Shown here in pieces: positions 25,158-37,508 of a stretch of 64,000 nt of DNA. The notes under the pieces were generated by a model, which was not told where the DNA came from, ran no database searches, and worked only from the letters and a program-made list of their open reading frames with translations. The stretch spans positions 99,450,001 through 99,514,000 of the forward strand of contig NC_058373.1 of NCBI RefSeq assembly GCF_018350175.1, written 5' to 3'. The DNA is from Felis catus. Taxonomy: Eukaryota. The first letter of the stretch is position 1; the number at the start of each line of letters is the position of its first letter. A program made the translations under genes and the position numbers.

Positions 25158-26654
25158 GCAGCAGCTATTGCCAAATTCAGAGTCATAAAAATTTGCCCCT
25201 TTATTTTTTCTAAAGTGTAGCTAAATTACATGAAGGTCTATGACCCATTTTTGGTTAATTTTTGTGTATGATGGAAGACAGGGGTCCATAATCATTTTTA
25301 GCATGCAAATATCCCAACTTTCCCAGAACCACTTGTTAAAAAAAACTACTCTCTCTCCTCAATGAATTGTTTTGGCAACCTTGTCAAAATCAATTGATTG
25401 TAGATGTGAGTGTTTATTTCTGGACTCTCACTTCTATTCCACTGATCTTTATACCCATCCTTGTGCCAGGACTACATGGTCCTGATTAAAGTGGAAATCC
25501 TCCAACCGTTCTTTTTCGATTTTGTTTTGGCTATTCTGGGATCCTTAAATTTCCATCAATTGTAGAATCAGCTTCTCAGTTTTTGCAGAAAGACCAGCTG
25601 ATAGCTGATAGGATTGTGTTGAATCTATGCTAGGAAGCACTGCTATGCTAATAAGTCTTCTGAGTCATAAAGATGCCATTACATCTAATTTTCTATTTAT
25701 TTAGGTCTTAATTTTTTTTTTCAAAACTGCTTTATAGGTTTCAATGTAGAAGTGTTACACTTAAAAAATTTTTTTTTATTCCTAAATATTTTGGGAACAG
25801 AATTGTTTTTAAAGTTTCCTTTTCAGTTTGCTCATTGTTACTATACAGAAATAGAAGACTGATATACAAAAATTATATCCTTTGACTTTGCGGAACACAT
25901 TAGTTCTAACAGTTTAACGAATTAGACTTTCTACATATTAAGATCACATCATAGGAGAACAGAGATCATTTTACTTCTTCCTTTCCAGTCTGCATGCCTT
26001 TTATTTTCTTGTCTAATTGCCCCGGCTAAAACTTCTGATGCAGTGCTGAGCAGAAGTGACAGGAACAGACATCTTCAGAGTGAAGGCATCCAGGCTCTCC
26101 TCATGGGGTACGATTCAACTTGTGTTTTTCTCTCTTTTTGTTCTTCCAGGCACTGGCTCTTTGTCTTACCTTGATTTGATTTGATTTGATTTGGTGAAAT
26201 CCAGCTCACCCTTTGCGTTCTAGCTAAAATGTCCCTTTTTGGGTACCTCTTCCCTACACTTCCAGACTAGGCTCATAGTGCCATGCTCTTATCAGTATTA
26301 TAAATACCTGTCAGCATCAGTCCCCCTCCTAACTTGCCCTCACCTTGTTCACAGATGTCTCCCCAGCAGAGACTGGCACACACATGGGGTGTGTGCTTGG
26401 CACACCAAGCAGCCTCACATATTGTGCTCTATTCCTTAGTTTGGTAGGAATGCTGTTCTACAAGTTCCATTTCTACCTCTGTCTCCACCTCAAAGACAAG
26501 CCCCTGCTTTATGCATCCTTACGCCCAGCACCTAACACAGAGCCTGGTACTCAGTAACCCTTAGTAACCTCCGTGAATCATTCTGAGGCTACCCAAAAAG
26601 GAATTTTTAAGAGCTGGATGCGATTTTTTGCCAAAACAACAGAAGGAAACATAC

Positions 26655-26885
26655 CTTCAACTGGGCCAAGCTGATTGGTCACAGCAAATCTAAGTACTCC
26701 TTCCCCATCAGTGTACAAGGCAAAGACCCGGTCCACATTCAGCTGCTGGGTTTTGGGGATGGCCCGGTGTCTGGGGGCGTGCCTGCACGCCTGGTAAGTG
26801 ATGTTCTGGTAGATGCGGTAGGACAGTGTTTGGTTGATGCCACCGAGGATGAGTGAGTAGTCTCTGGAACTTGTGGAGGTCACAG
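26655..26885 (-). CDS. NID2: NID2 exon 8 (G2)
   Basis: [12 protein letters not shown]...[12 protein letters not shown]...[13 protein letters not shown]; cag / GTATGT; 231 nt. Confidence 0.96.
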
Positions 26886-27825
26886 CTGCAACAGACATTA
26901 TTCAGCCAAACCGGTCAATTTTGAAGATACCAGAGATTTTCATGTGGGGTAGATTTTTCTGCACAGTTTTTCATCTAATTCCTGGAGGGTGTTCCCTCGG
27001 GAAGTTCCTGAGTTAATATGGAAAACCTGCCCGACAATTCCAGGAATGTGAGTAGACACAAAGCCAACATGCAGAGGAGGAGGAAGGACGATCACTGCCA
27101 TCATTACTAGCAAAGAATAAATTCTGCCACGATGTGCCAGCCACGCCAGATGCTCTACAAGCACTGCCTTGTTAGTACCTCACCCCAGCAGGGTGGCCTC
27201 TGCGATCACCGCCAGGGGGCCTTGCAGAGGTGAAGAGGTAGCCTATCACATACCAGCCTTGTGTATGTGACAGAGCTGGAACTGGGACACGAGGCAGCCC
27301 GACTCTCTACCCCAAGTTTTCATGTTCAAGATTGCACAGAGGTGACAGCTTCCAACTTAAGTCCGAAGAGTTCTGGACAAAGGGAAGGGACGTTATTTCA
27401 ATCTGAATGCGGAGTTGGAAGCCCACACCAGTGTTCTGGCCATCAGCTGTTCTGTGCACGATCTGGGTTTCTCCTGCCCATTCTCCTCTGTTCACCCTCT
27501 GCCCAGCTTCCAACACTCACAACACAGAAGCAGGAAAGGCACGGCTCGGAGCAAACTGCTGTGCCGCAGGACGACTGCTGTGACTACGCCAGCGTCTTGC
27601 ATTCAGGTGGTTTTACAGAACTCAGCACAATTTACACATAACAACCACGGAAGGTAGAGAGAAAAGGCGTTCTTCTGCTCATTCTCAAGATGAGAAAATA
27701 GGCGCTTAGGTGGCAAGTGACCTTAGCCCTCAGCTAGTTTAAACTACAAGTCCATGATGTGAATTCCTATCCTCTGACTCCAAACCTAGCATTAGTTGTA
27801 CAACACTGCATAACACCTCATTTTA

Positions 27826-28039
27826 TTTAAAAATTTTTTTTTTCACGTTTTTATTTATTTTTGAGACAGAGAGAGACAGAACATGAACGGGGGAGGGTCA
27901 GAGAGAGGGAGACACAGAATCTGAAACAGGCTCCGAGCTGTCAGCACAGAGCCCGACGCGGGGCTCGAACCCACGAACTGTGAGATCGTGACCTGAGCCG
28001 AAGTCGGACGCTTAACCGACTGAGCCACCCAGGCGCCCC
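27826..28039 (-). mobile_element. SINEC_Fc
   Basis: TSD aacacctcatttta. Confidence 0.93.
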
Positions 28040-28429
28040 AACACCTCATTTTAAAACGGGCTGAAACAATGTTACAGGACAAGTAAAAATTCCAATAGTC
28101 AATACTTTTCCGTGGCCCAGAGAGCACAGGTGGTTAAAAACGGTATATAATTATACAACCCTAACCCACCCCCAGAGACAAGGTTACCATTGATTCCATT
28201 ATTATTTGAAAGTACTGGGATAGGAATGTTGGTATTCATTTGTGTAGCAGCCAACACTCCTCTCACTTATACTACATATTTAGTAAGAGCACTAAAATGA
28301 TATTGAGCTCCTTTTATGTACCCCACACCATTCTAAGGACATCCCACATAAAAACTCATCATCCTCACAACTATCTTGGGAGATATGCACTCTCCCCATT
28401 TTATAGATGTCAAAACGGGTTACACATAC

Positions 28430-28630
28430 CTGAGTCCGTGTAGTGGTAAAGCTCCTTGTAGGGCGCCATGTGGGCTGTGAAATTTGCTGGGATGTAAGGC
28501 ACCTGGCCTTGAATGTTGGTCTTAATGCTCAGATAGTTCTCTGGGTCAAGTCCCTCGGCAGTTTGAGTGATGCGAACCCTCTCTTCCCCCGGATAGAAAA
28601 TAACTTCCATGTCATGGGTAAAGGTGGCAC
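28430..28630 (-). CDS. NID2: NID2 exon 7 (G2)
   Basis: [29 protein letters not shown]...[11 protein letters not shown]; cag / GTATGT; 201 nt. Confidence 0.96.
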
Positions 28631-28913
28631 CTGGAGAGGAAGAAAGACTTCAGCACAGAGCTAAGAAGGGGTGTTGCGCCTTCCAGTAACTATCACCGCT
28701 GTGAATTTCCTCATTCCTACTGCTGTTGGAGACGGCGCCTACGGAGATCATCTGATATCCAAGACTAAGTACCATCAGCTGCCGATTTCGTCAGTTCCCC
28801 CAAGTTTCTACTAAACAGTGTGGTTTCATCCTGCCTCATTTCACACTGCTTCTCTTTGTAACAGCTTGTTTTCCGTAAGAAACTACTAGGAACATCCTGA
28901 CCTTTCTCTTTCT

Positions 28914-29115
28914 GAGGTTGCCAGACTTAGTAGAAAAACAAGCAAAAAAATCTTAGGACACCCAGTTAAATTTGAATTTCAGATAATATGTTTTTAGTAT
29001 AATATGTCTTCTACAATATTTAGGGCATACTTTTACTAAGTTATTCACATAATTCATTGTTCACCTGAAATTCAAATGTGACGGAATATACTCCACCTAC
29101 TTGTAACTCCAAACC
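28914..29115. mobile_element. MER53-like palindromic hAT MITE
   Basis: ggttgccaga...aggacacccagttaaatttgaatttcagata...ttagtataa...cctgaaattcaaat. Confidence 0.8.
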
Positions 29116-29254
29116 TTGACGGAAAACAAGATAGCTCTGGAGGTGCGGGAAGAACTTTTCTCTCAGCACTTGATCTGTGATAAATCCAGTAGTAAACTGG
29201 CCTTTTCAGGTTGGGAGGAAAGAGCCAAAAAAAAAAGATCCTCTACACCACCTA

Positions 29255-29400
29255 AGGTGGTCCTTAGACCAGCATTTGCGTCTCCTGGAAGCTTGCTAGG
29301 AAAACAGAATCACAGACCCCAGCTCAGGTCCACAGAGCCAGAATCTGCCTTTTCACAAGGGCTACAGGTGATCTGTGTGCAGGTTAGAGTGTGAGAGGCA
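29255..29400. mobile_element. MER5A-like remnant
   Basis: gtggtccttagaccagca...gcttgctaggaaa.cagaatc...cagaatctgcctttt.acaag...caggtgat. Confidence 0.7.
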
Positions 29401-29785
29401 ATCACCGGTCGGTACCATTATAGGTCAGAGTCGTGGGGGTGGGAGAGGAGGAAGTTTACTCACGAGCAAACTCCTCTCCAGATGCCCTGTAATCACCATT
29501 TGTGCATCTCTATTTGTCAGATCTGTGTGTAACAACTCAAGTAAACACAACCTAAGAAACAAGCTTGAAGCAATTCTGGTGAAAGGACATAAATGGTCCA
29601 AATGGAATCATCCCATTTCTCAGGATGACTTGGAGAACATGTGGAAGAAAACAGTCCCGTGAGACCAAACCAGGCCCAGCTACACACCTGTAGAAAACTG
29701 AGCAAACAGATCCTCTTTCACAGAATAAAAACCAAAGCTTGGTGGCCAGGAGCCATCAGCCCCCTCAAAGGGCACAGCTGCTCAC

Positions 29786-30031
29786 CTGTGAGACGGAAGC
29801 CATTCTCCCAGCCTGGTTTTTCTAATGCAAAGAGCCAGCCAAACAGGCCTCCGATTGGCGTGAGCGGGAGAAGGGCTTGGGCCGCAGGCTGTGGGATGTG
29901 GCTGATGGCCGTGTAGGCTCTGCCGTCATTGCCCACGATGTAAGCATGTAGGTCCACGTCAGTGAAGTGGACGGGCGTGTGGCCCACGCGGAGGTGGCCA
30001 CTCACTTTCCCGTTGACTCGATGCGGTACCC
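29786..30031 (-). CDS. NID2: NID2 exon 6 (G2 beta-barrel)
   Basis: [12 protein letters not shown]...[18 protein letters not shown]...[11 protein letters not shown]...NGFRLT; cag / GTGAGC; 246 nt. Confidence 0.96.
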
Positions 30032-30462
30032 CTGAAAGACAGCAGATCCGGTCAACTGTGACCACGGTCCAGGTTGGGGATGGGTACCCAGAGAGTAATT
30101 CCGCTCACAATTCCCCAAACTCAGTCTTTTAGCCGTTTTCATGATTCCTAACCAACCCATTATCCATCTAAGTGCAAAACAGACCTGTCTTCGATTTATT
30201 TTCTCCCATCCACTCTCCCATCCACTCTGACTCTAATGAGCTGGCAAAAAGGAGGAAAGATTTCTGGCTAATCCTCAAATTGGGAAACCAGCCCAAATGC
30301 GCTCATTTCTCTCGATCAAGCACCTGCAAGTTGCCGGTGCTTTGATTCAGGCAGTCGGAGATTCGAGGTCCATAAGCAGAGTCACAGCGGCGGCTGGAAA
30401 CAAGCAAGTGGCAAAAATCTGCACAGAGCAGCCCCCAGCCCCGTCAAGCCAGCATCTCTTAC

Positions 30463-30612
30463 CTTCTGGCAGACAGTGCTTCCCATTTCCGTAAAACCTG
30501 GACTGGCAGTGGCAGCAAAAGCCAGTTGTGTAGTCAGTGCAGAAGGCGTGTGGGGAGCACTGTCCGTGGTTGCGTTCGCAGGTTTCCTTGTCGGCAGCAT
30601 TATACGTGAAGA
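30463..30612 (-). CDS. NID2: NID2 exon 5 (EGF-like 1)
   Basis: [50 protein letters not shown]; cag / GTAAGA; 150 nt. Confidence 0.96.
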
Positions 30613-31407
30613 CTGGAAAGTCAAAACAAATTCGCATTACAAGGACTAAGTGATTCCAGCATCGTTCCTGCCAAGCTTCATCGTGGACACCACATCTGCT
30701 CCATAAAATCAGTTTAGCTTGTAATAAACAAATGGGTTTTTGATGTTTAAGAGACAGGAACAACATTCAACCCAGGGGAATTAACTTGCTTTGTCTTCTG
30801 GCAAGAAGTACCACGGACTGCTCCCATCTGGTCTCACCGCAAAGCTGGTGAACTCCGGGGAGGCCGCAGCACTGTGGGGTGAGCGCAGAACACAAAAGCC
30901 AACCAGTAAGTACGCGTGAGGCCGAACTGTACAAAACTGCCATTTTGTGGGTCTAAAATGGTCAAATAGCAGCAATTTTATGTGACTCAACCTGAGAGTA
31001 ACGACCTGGAGAGAGAGAGGAAGACTGAAAAGAGAAATAACAAATGTGGTCTTAGGTCCAAGCACTCTTTGCTTCTAGGGGATCCTGTACCTAAAGAGAA
31101 TACCCTGCAGCTTGTCTCATCTGCCCAGAGAGGTAGGTTTTCTTCTGAGAGAGAAGGGCCTTAAAGAACACACCCACCCCTAAGGAGAATGTATGGAGAG
31201 GAAGGGAGGAGGGGGAAGGAGAGGATTCAGCTGTTAAATGCCCTGTGCCTTTGTGGGGTTTCTGGTGGTGGCTATGGCACAAGCGAGATTGCTATGCAGT
31301 GGGAGAGAGGGGGCCACGATTACAGCTCTTCTAGGAAACCACAGTGGACCAGTAGTGGCTCCTTCCATCTTCCACTTATTCTGCCCATTAAAAAAAGAGG
31401 GCCATCA

Positions 31408-31605
31408 GGGGCACCTGGGTGGCTCAGTCGGTTGGTTAAGCATCCCACTCTTGGTTTCGCCTCAGGTCATCATCTTATGGTTTGAGTTCGAGCCCCACGT
31501 CAAGCTCTGCGTTGGCAGTGCAGAGCCTGTTTGGGATTCTCTCTCTCTCCCTCTCGGTCCCTCCCCCCCACGCCCCCTCAAAACAAATAAACGTTAAAAA
31601 AAAAA
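31408..31605 (+). mobile_element. CAN-SINE
   Basis: Head, body, CT tract, tail. Confidence 0.9.
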
Positions 31606-32175
31606 GTGAGAAAGAAACAAAGGAATTGGAGCAGATTCTATTTCCATATAGGAAATGGCCAAGAGAGTGGGGTGTGGTTGGGGGGGGGGGGGAGCTAATA
31701 GAGAAGAGAGGGCTCTCTCCAGACACCAGGGATGATGTTAAGCCCGAGCGTGGCCACCAGGAGGCAAAGTGGCTGAGCACACCTGGCCTTCACATGGGGC
31801 GGGAGGGTTAGGATTTGGGCGGAGACTCAGGGAGCGCTGACAAGCAGGGACAGCACGGAACTCCAGCGCTGGACTCTGCCGCTGTGGGGTGCCAGCTCCG
31901 GAGGAAGACGGAGGAAGACTCCTAGGCAAACCTAGGTGGCAGCTGTGCTCCGGACCTAGGTCTGAGAAGGAGGAAACTGAAGGGTAAGGAAAAAATGGAA
32001 AGATTAACATGTGCACACTACTCCAGGGAAGAAGGGCAAACAAAGAAACCGAAGGAGGGGAGATGTACCCCAGGTAAGTAAACATAGCCAGGCAGAGAGT
32101 TGTATCCACAGGTAAAAAGAGAGCAAAGTTACCATTTAAATAGCCATTGCTCTATGGCAGATACCACTCTATGCA

Positions 32176-32402
32176 TTTTTTTTTTAATTTTTTTTTTTTA
32201 ACGTTTATTTGTTTTTGAGACGGAGAGAGACAGAGCATGAACAGGGGAGGGGCAGAGAGAGAGGGAGACACAGAATCTGAAGCAGGCTCCAGGCTCTGAG
32301 CTGTCAGCACAGAGCCCGACGCGGGGCTCAAACTCACGGACCGTGAGATCATGACCTGAGCCGAAGTCGGACGCTTAACCAACCTAGCCACCCAGGCGCC
32401 CC
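32176..32402 (-). mobile_element. SINEC_Fc
   Basis: Reverse-complement consensus. Confidence 0.93.
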
Positions 32403-33508
32403 ATCTATGTACTTTATTAACACCTTCAATTTGCACAAAAGCAGGGACTGTTTTGATCCCTGCTCTGCAGATAAACAAGCTAAAGATTAAAGTGAATTTC
32501 CTGAAGTCACACGGGCCATAGGACTTGAACCCTGGAGGTCTGGCCCCAGCTGGACTGCAGTGGAAGCCAAGTACATAGGCCATGAGAGCTGGGTTAAGGA
32601 TCTGATCAGCTGCTTGGGGTTGATCAGCCTAGGCTTCAGCAAGTAAGATTTGAGGCACACGTTATAAATCGGGCCTGATGGAAGGAGAGCTGGGATGATC
32701 CGGACGGGGATTACGGTGTGTTGTGGGAAAGAGCACAGGTAAGAGGTGGCGGCAGCGGCAGGAGCATTAACTTCTGGGCCGTACTTGACCGCTGCTTACA
32801 GACTCTTGAGAAAGCAGCAGGCTGAGGGTTGGCAGAGCAGGTGACTGGACTCAAGTGAAATATCTGGGAACATGGTGAGAATGCAGTCAGTGACTCAAGA
32901 CTTGGTATTAGGGCCTTGATGACACAGATGAGAAATTCCAGTTTGATAAACATAGACATTTAGGCATAATCCTGAACAGGGTGTTTTGTTTTTGTTTTTG
33001 TTTTTGTTTTTGACTAGGACAGGGACATAGAACTCACAAGCCCCTCCAAACTCCCCTCTCCCCACCCCGCCCCAAAATCTAGATTGGGTATTATAGAGGC
33101 TGCTGTGAAGAAAACGATGTCATCACCGTCCATTGATTTAAGAAGTTAGGACCCAGTTTGAGTAAAACAAAAAGTAACTTGTCAGCCTGGGTTTCTCTGG
33201 CTCCAAAGGTGACAGCTAAGTGTAAAGAAACAGTTCCTGGAGGGATTGGCACACTGGCAAGTGCTCAGGGCACGGCTGCCATCAGGACTCTCCTCTGGAA
33301 CAAGGTGGGAGGGACACGGGGTGGGGGGGAGCGGCAGGAGGACCCCAACCTCTAGAACTCAACCTTGACTGTGGCTCAGGTGGCTCTGTGCAAACCACAG
33401 AAATGCTCTCTAAAATCAGGGTGACACCCCTTCTCATACCTCCATTGCCAGAAATCACATTTTTTCCTGAACGTACTTCAGAGGACCAAGGTAGAAAAGC
33501 AATGTGAC

Positions 33509-33741
33509 GGGGCGCCTGGGTGGCGCAGTCAGTTAAGCGTCCGACTTCAGCCAGGTCACGATCTCGCGGTCCGTGAGTTCGAGCCCCGTGTCGGGCTCTG
33601 GGCTGATGGCTCAGAGCCTGGAGCCTGCTTCCGATTCTGCGTCTCCCTCTCTCTCTGCCCCTCCCCCGTTCATGCTCTGTCTCTCTCTGTCCCAAAAATA
33701 AATAAACGTTGAAAAAAAAAATTAAAAAAAAAAAAAAAAAA
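33509..33741 (+). mobile_element. Young SINEC_Fc
   Basis: Perfect TSD agaaaagcaatgtgac; long A tail. Confidence 0.95.
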
Positions 33742-34112
33742 AGAAAAGCAATGTGACACAGGTCTAAAGAGTCGTCATATTCAGGTTAAATCGGGTAAAA
33801 ATAAAACCAAACCCTAAACAGTGTTCTCCCGGATTAAAGAAAAAGCGGGTCTGTCTTGTATTCCCTCTCTTTCTCTGGTGAAGACTTGTTCTTGCACCCA
33901 ATCCCTCTTACAAGAGTAGGTCGTCACACAGGGAGAGATGGGATGCAAGAGGACTGGAGATTTGGAGAGCTGAGGTTCATTAAACTAAAAAGCAAGGCGC
34001 AGGCATGGCTTTCCTATGGGTAAAAGGAGAGGTGCTCAGCAATGCAGCCAGCAACTTACAAAGGCAACTGTGCAAAAGTTTAACCAGACTGGCACACTGA
34101 CTGCATTTTTCT

Positions 34113-34251
34113 TTTTTTTTTTTTTTAAGCTGATTTGTGAGTGCGAGTGGGGGAGGGGGCGGGGGCACCAGCTCTGAGATCATGACCCAAGCGAGACCCC
34201 AGCAGATACTAAGAGTCGAATGCTTAACTCACTGAGCCTCTCAGGCGCCCC
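34113..34251 (-). mobile_element. Short CAN-SINE
   Basis: TSD gactgcatttttct; ends ggcgcccc. Confidence 0.8.
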
Positions 34252-34629
34252 CCAGACTGCATTTTTCTAAAAAAAATAATAATAATAATAATGGGTAGGG
34301 TCCCAAGAAAGGCCATTATGAGACAAACTATAATTAGGACGGGTTATTGGTAAACTGGTTCAGGGATATTTGTATGCAGTTTTTTTGGAGACTACTGCAT
34401 TCACAGGATGGAGGTTATTGGGCCACAAATAGAAGCTCAGCCTTCCAGCCCCGTGACAGCTGCACAGGGAAAGAGGTGGAGTTCGCTCCCAAAAGGAGCA
34501 AACACAGGCTCCCCTTAGGATCCCTTCGTATGCCTGCCGTCACACAGGCGTGCACACAGATGCACACACTGGATACAGTATCAGCTTGTCAGGCCAAAGG
34601 TAAAGAAATGCCTGTTGCACTTTTTTTTC

Positions 34630-35260
34630 ATGTATTAATTCAACACATAATGTGAGCACTCACTATGGGCCTGGCTCTGATCTAGGAATTAAGGATACAG
34701 CAGACAAACACGCCGTCCTGAAGCTTACATTCTTCTAGGCAGCACTGAACAAACAGCTCAAATACTTAGTACAGAGATGGTTGTTACGAGCTGTGCAGAA
34801 TCTTAAGTCGGGGAAGGTCAAGAGGGCTGGGAGTGGGGGTGCGGACTTCGCTCTTTTAAACATCAGGATCAAGGAGGACCTTGGGAGAAGGTGACCTCTG
34901 GACAGAGGCCTGGAGGCAGGGGCACTGCAGGCAGGACACAAGGGGCACGTGGGAGGAACAGGGGCAATGAGAGAAGGCCGGGGAGGTACTGGCCAGTTGT
35001 CAAAGGGCCCCCATAGGAAGGAGCTGAGCTTTAGTCTGAGTGAGAAAGGGAGCCACTCGGGCATCTTGAGCAGGAGAGTGACAAGATCTGACCTGCCAAT
35101 GAGCCAATGAGTGTGTGCCCTGGCAGCTGGAAGATCTGGTGGAGAGAAGGGCACAAACACGGAGTGTTTTGAAGATGGGGCCGACGGCGTTTGCTGATGG
35201 GTTGGATGGAGCGCAGAAAGGGAGAAGAAATGGGGAGAAGGTGAGAGGAAAGGCAGAAGC
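34630..35260 (-). mobile_element. L2 remnant
   Basis: attcaacacataatgtgagcac...ggatacagcag...gaagcttacattct...agcaggagagtgacaagatctga. Confidence 0.7.
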
Positions 35261-35296
35261 CCATGGTGACGTTCACACCTTGGTGAGCTGCCATCG

Positions 35297-35381
35297 CCTG
35301 AGACGGACTGTGGAAGGGCAGGTTTGTGAGGGATCCGCCTGAGACAGAGAGACTGTGGAAGGCCAGGTTTGTGAGGGATCT
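35297..35381. repeat. Tandem duplication of about 42 bp
   Basis: cctgagac..gactgtggaagg(g/c)caggtttgtgagggatc twice. Confidence 0.85.
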
Positions 35382-36154
35382 GTTCCAGCAACAGCTGGGA
35401 GGCATCGAGGAAGCTCTTTCCCCCTCCGACAGGACCCTCAGAGGGCACCATTCAACCACTCAGAAGGAGGGCTTTCTCCATGGATTGTGGGGAACCACTG
35501 CATCAGAATCATCTGAACCACTCCCCAGGTGGTTCTTGTGCCTGCTGAAGATGACCTTCAGGCCATTTGTAAACTTTCCATTTCTGAGCTCGAGGATGCT
35601 CATTAGCATAGTTAATGAATTTCAGCTGACAGCAGCTCCTGGGGGTGGCAGGATTTCAGGCAATGCCCTCCTATTGATTCCTGGCCAGGTAAGCAGCAGG
35701 ACTCAGTGCTTACTGCCAGCTTGGGCCCAGATCCACCAGCCCAGAGGCTAAATCCCCTCCCTGATGAAGAGGCAGAACTGGATCTAGAAATAGGCTCCGA
35801 CATGCAGCTATCTATCCAAGGCAAGAAAAGCCAGGCTTCTGGCCCATGCGCCTTCTCAAATTTCTAGGAGAATTGCAGATACATCCAAAGATGCTGAGCT
35901 GCTTGAAAGTATAGAATCAACGTCTGAATCCCAGCTGGATGAGATGTGCCATGAGTGTATCCCAAAACAAGTGACAATTTTCTTCTTCAGTGATCATTTA
36001 TATGCCTCTTTACATCAGAGTTTTGAATGTATTTTCATCCACTTCTTCCTATTCTGGGGAAGAGATATTGTTTCCATTTTACAGATGAGAAACTGAGGCC
36101 CATGGAGGTGATATGATCTTCTGGCTCTAAATCCTATGTTCTTTCCACTACTTT

Positions 36155-36292
36155 GGAATCACCAGGGGACTTAGTTTAAAAATGCAGATTCTGGCTCAGA
36201 AGGTGGAGGAAGGGTGTGGAAATCGGCATTTTAAGCAAGGGCCCCAGATGAATCAGACGCTAGGGGACTAGAGACCACACTTGGAGAAATCA
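36155..36292. mobile_element. MER5A-like remnant
   Basis: gaatcacc...aaaatgcagattctgg...gcattttaagcaag...gagaccacacttggagaa. Confidence 0.7.
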
Positions 36293-36692
36293 TCTTCCGT
36301 GGCTTCTTCTCTCCTGCATTTACCCACAGGCTGTCTTCCAGACCCTCCTGGGACCCACTCTCTGCCTGGGCGCACCTGTCACAGAGAGTCAAAAACGTTA
36401 GGGACAAGTCGGCTGGCTTGTGCCCGGCACAGCAGGAGGGCAGAGGCCAGCCAGGTTTGAATGTGCTCAGTTTACAAAGGCTTTGTTAACATGAGGACTT
36501 TCAAATCTCATTTCTTCTTCCCCTTTAAGGCTTTTTCACTCTTCTCAGATCCTTCATGGAAAGAAAAGTGGGATGGGGATACATAAGAGAAGGAAAGGCA
36601 CCTGCCAAAGTTCCTGAGATTCATCTTCATCGGGAGTTCTTCACAAAAATGGAAAACTTCTCTAAAAAAAAAAAAAAGAAAATTGAAAATAA

Positions 36693-36817
36693 GGGTGCCT
36701 GGGTGGCTCTGTTGGTTAAGCATCTGACTCTTGATTTCAGCTCAGGTCTTGATCTCAGGGTCATGAGTTCAAGCCTTGTGCCAGGCCCCACACTAGGCTC
36801 CCTGCTGGGCGTGAAGC

Positions 36818-36854
<37 letters not shown>
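36693..36854 (+). mobile_element. CAN-SINE lacking the CT tract
   Basis: Head and body, long A tail; flanking duplication ggaaaacttctct. Confidence 0.85.
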
Positions 36855-36856
<2 letters not shown>

Positions 36857-37064
36857 AAAACTTCTCTGCTCTAGATTTGATCTGTCCTTCAGTCTTCATT
36901 CTGCCGGCAGCACGTAAACGCTGGTCTTCAGCCTTGGGCCTGCCCTCCTTCCCTAAGGGCTCTGGCCCAGCCGTGTGAAAGGTGGAAGGCGGCTGGCTCC
37001 AGGCAGATAGGACACAGAGGGGAAGGAGGACTTCCAGCAGGAGGCTGCCCCTGGCACCTAGAGT

Positions 37065-37104
<40 letters not shown>

Positions 37105-37239
37105 CAACAGCTTTTACTGCTCAAGAAAAGGACCCACATTTTCACTGCAGGAAAGATCTTCTTAAGTTTCCCTGCCTTGTAGAATGATTGACTAGTAAGA
37201 AAAACCACATCCAACTCCGTAATGAAAAACAGTGGTATA

Positions 37240-37405
37240 GGGGCACCTAGGTGGCTCAGTCAGTTGGGCGTCCGGCTGGGCTCAGGTCATGATCTTGCAG
37301 CTCGTGAGTTAGGCCTGGAGTCTGCTTCAGGTTCTGTGTCTCCCTCTCTCTCTGCCCCTCTCCCACTTGCGCTCTGCCTCTCTCTCAAAAATAAACATTA
37401 AAACA
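37240..37405 (+). mobile_element. CAN-SINE with internal deletion
   Basis: TSD aaaacagtggtata. Confidence 0.88.
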
Positions 37406-37454
37406 AAACAGTGGTATACTTTTCCCTCCAGTTTTCAGTTTGTTTTCTTCTGGG

Positions 37455-37459
37455 GTGTG

Positions 37460-37507
<48 letters not shown>
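37455..37507. repeat. (TG)n microsatellite
   Basis: Direct reading. Confidence 0.95.

Positions 37508-37508
<1 letters not shown>

Larger units (their letters stand above)
23700..26085 (-). mobile_element. Old L1M fragment (3'UTR and ORF2), containing two SINE insertions
   Basis: T-rich antisense L1 motifs: tgcattttcctgatgactaatgatattgagcatcttttcatgtg; ttgtcaaaatcaattg; tttatttctggactctc. Confidence 0.85.

Noticed and set aside
34735..35751. Cluster of 141-238-aa ORFs
   Set aside because: Overlaps an L2 remnant and a short tandem duplication; no domain signal
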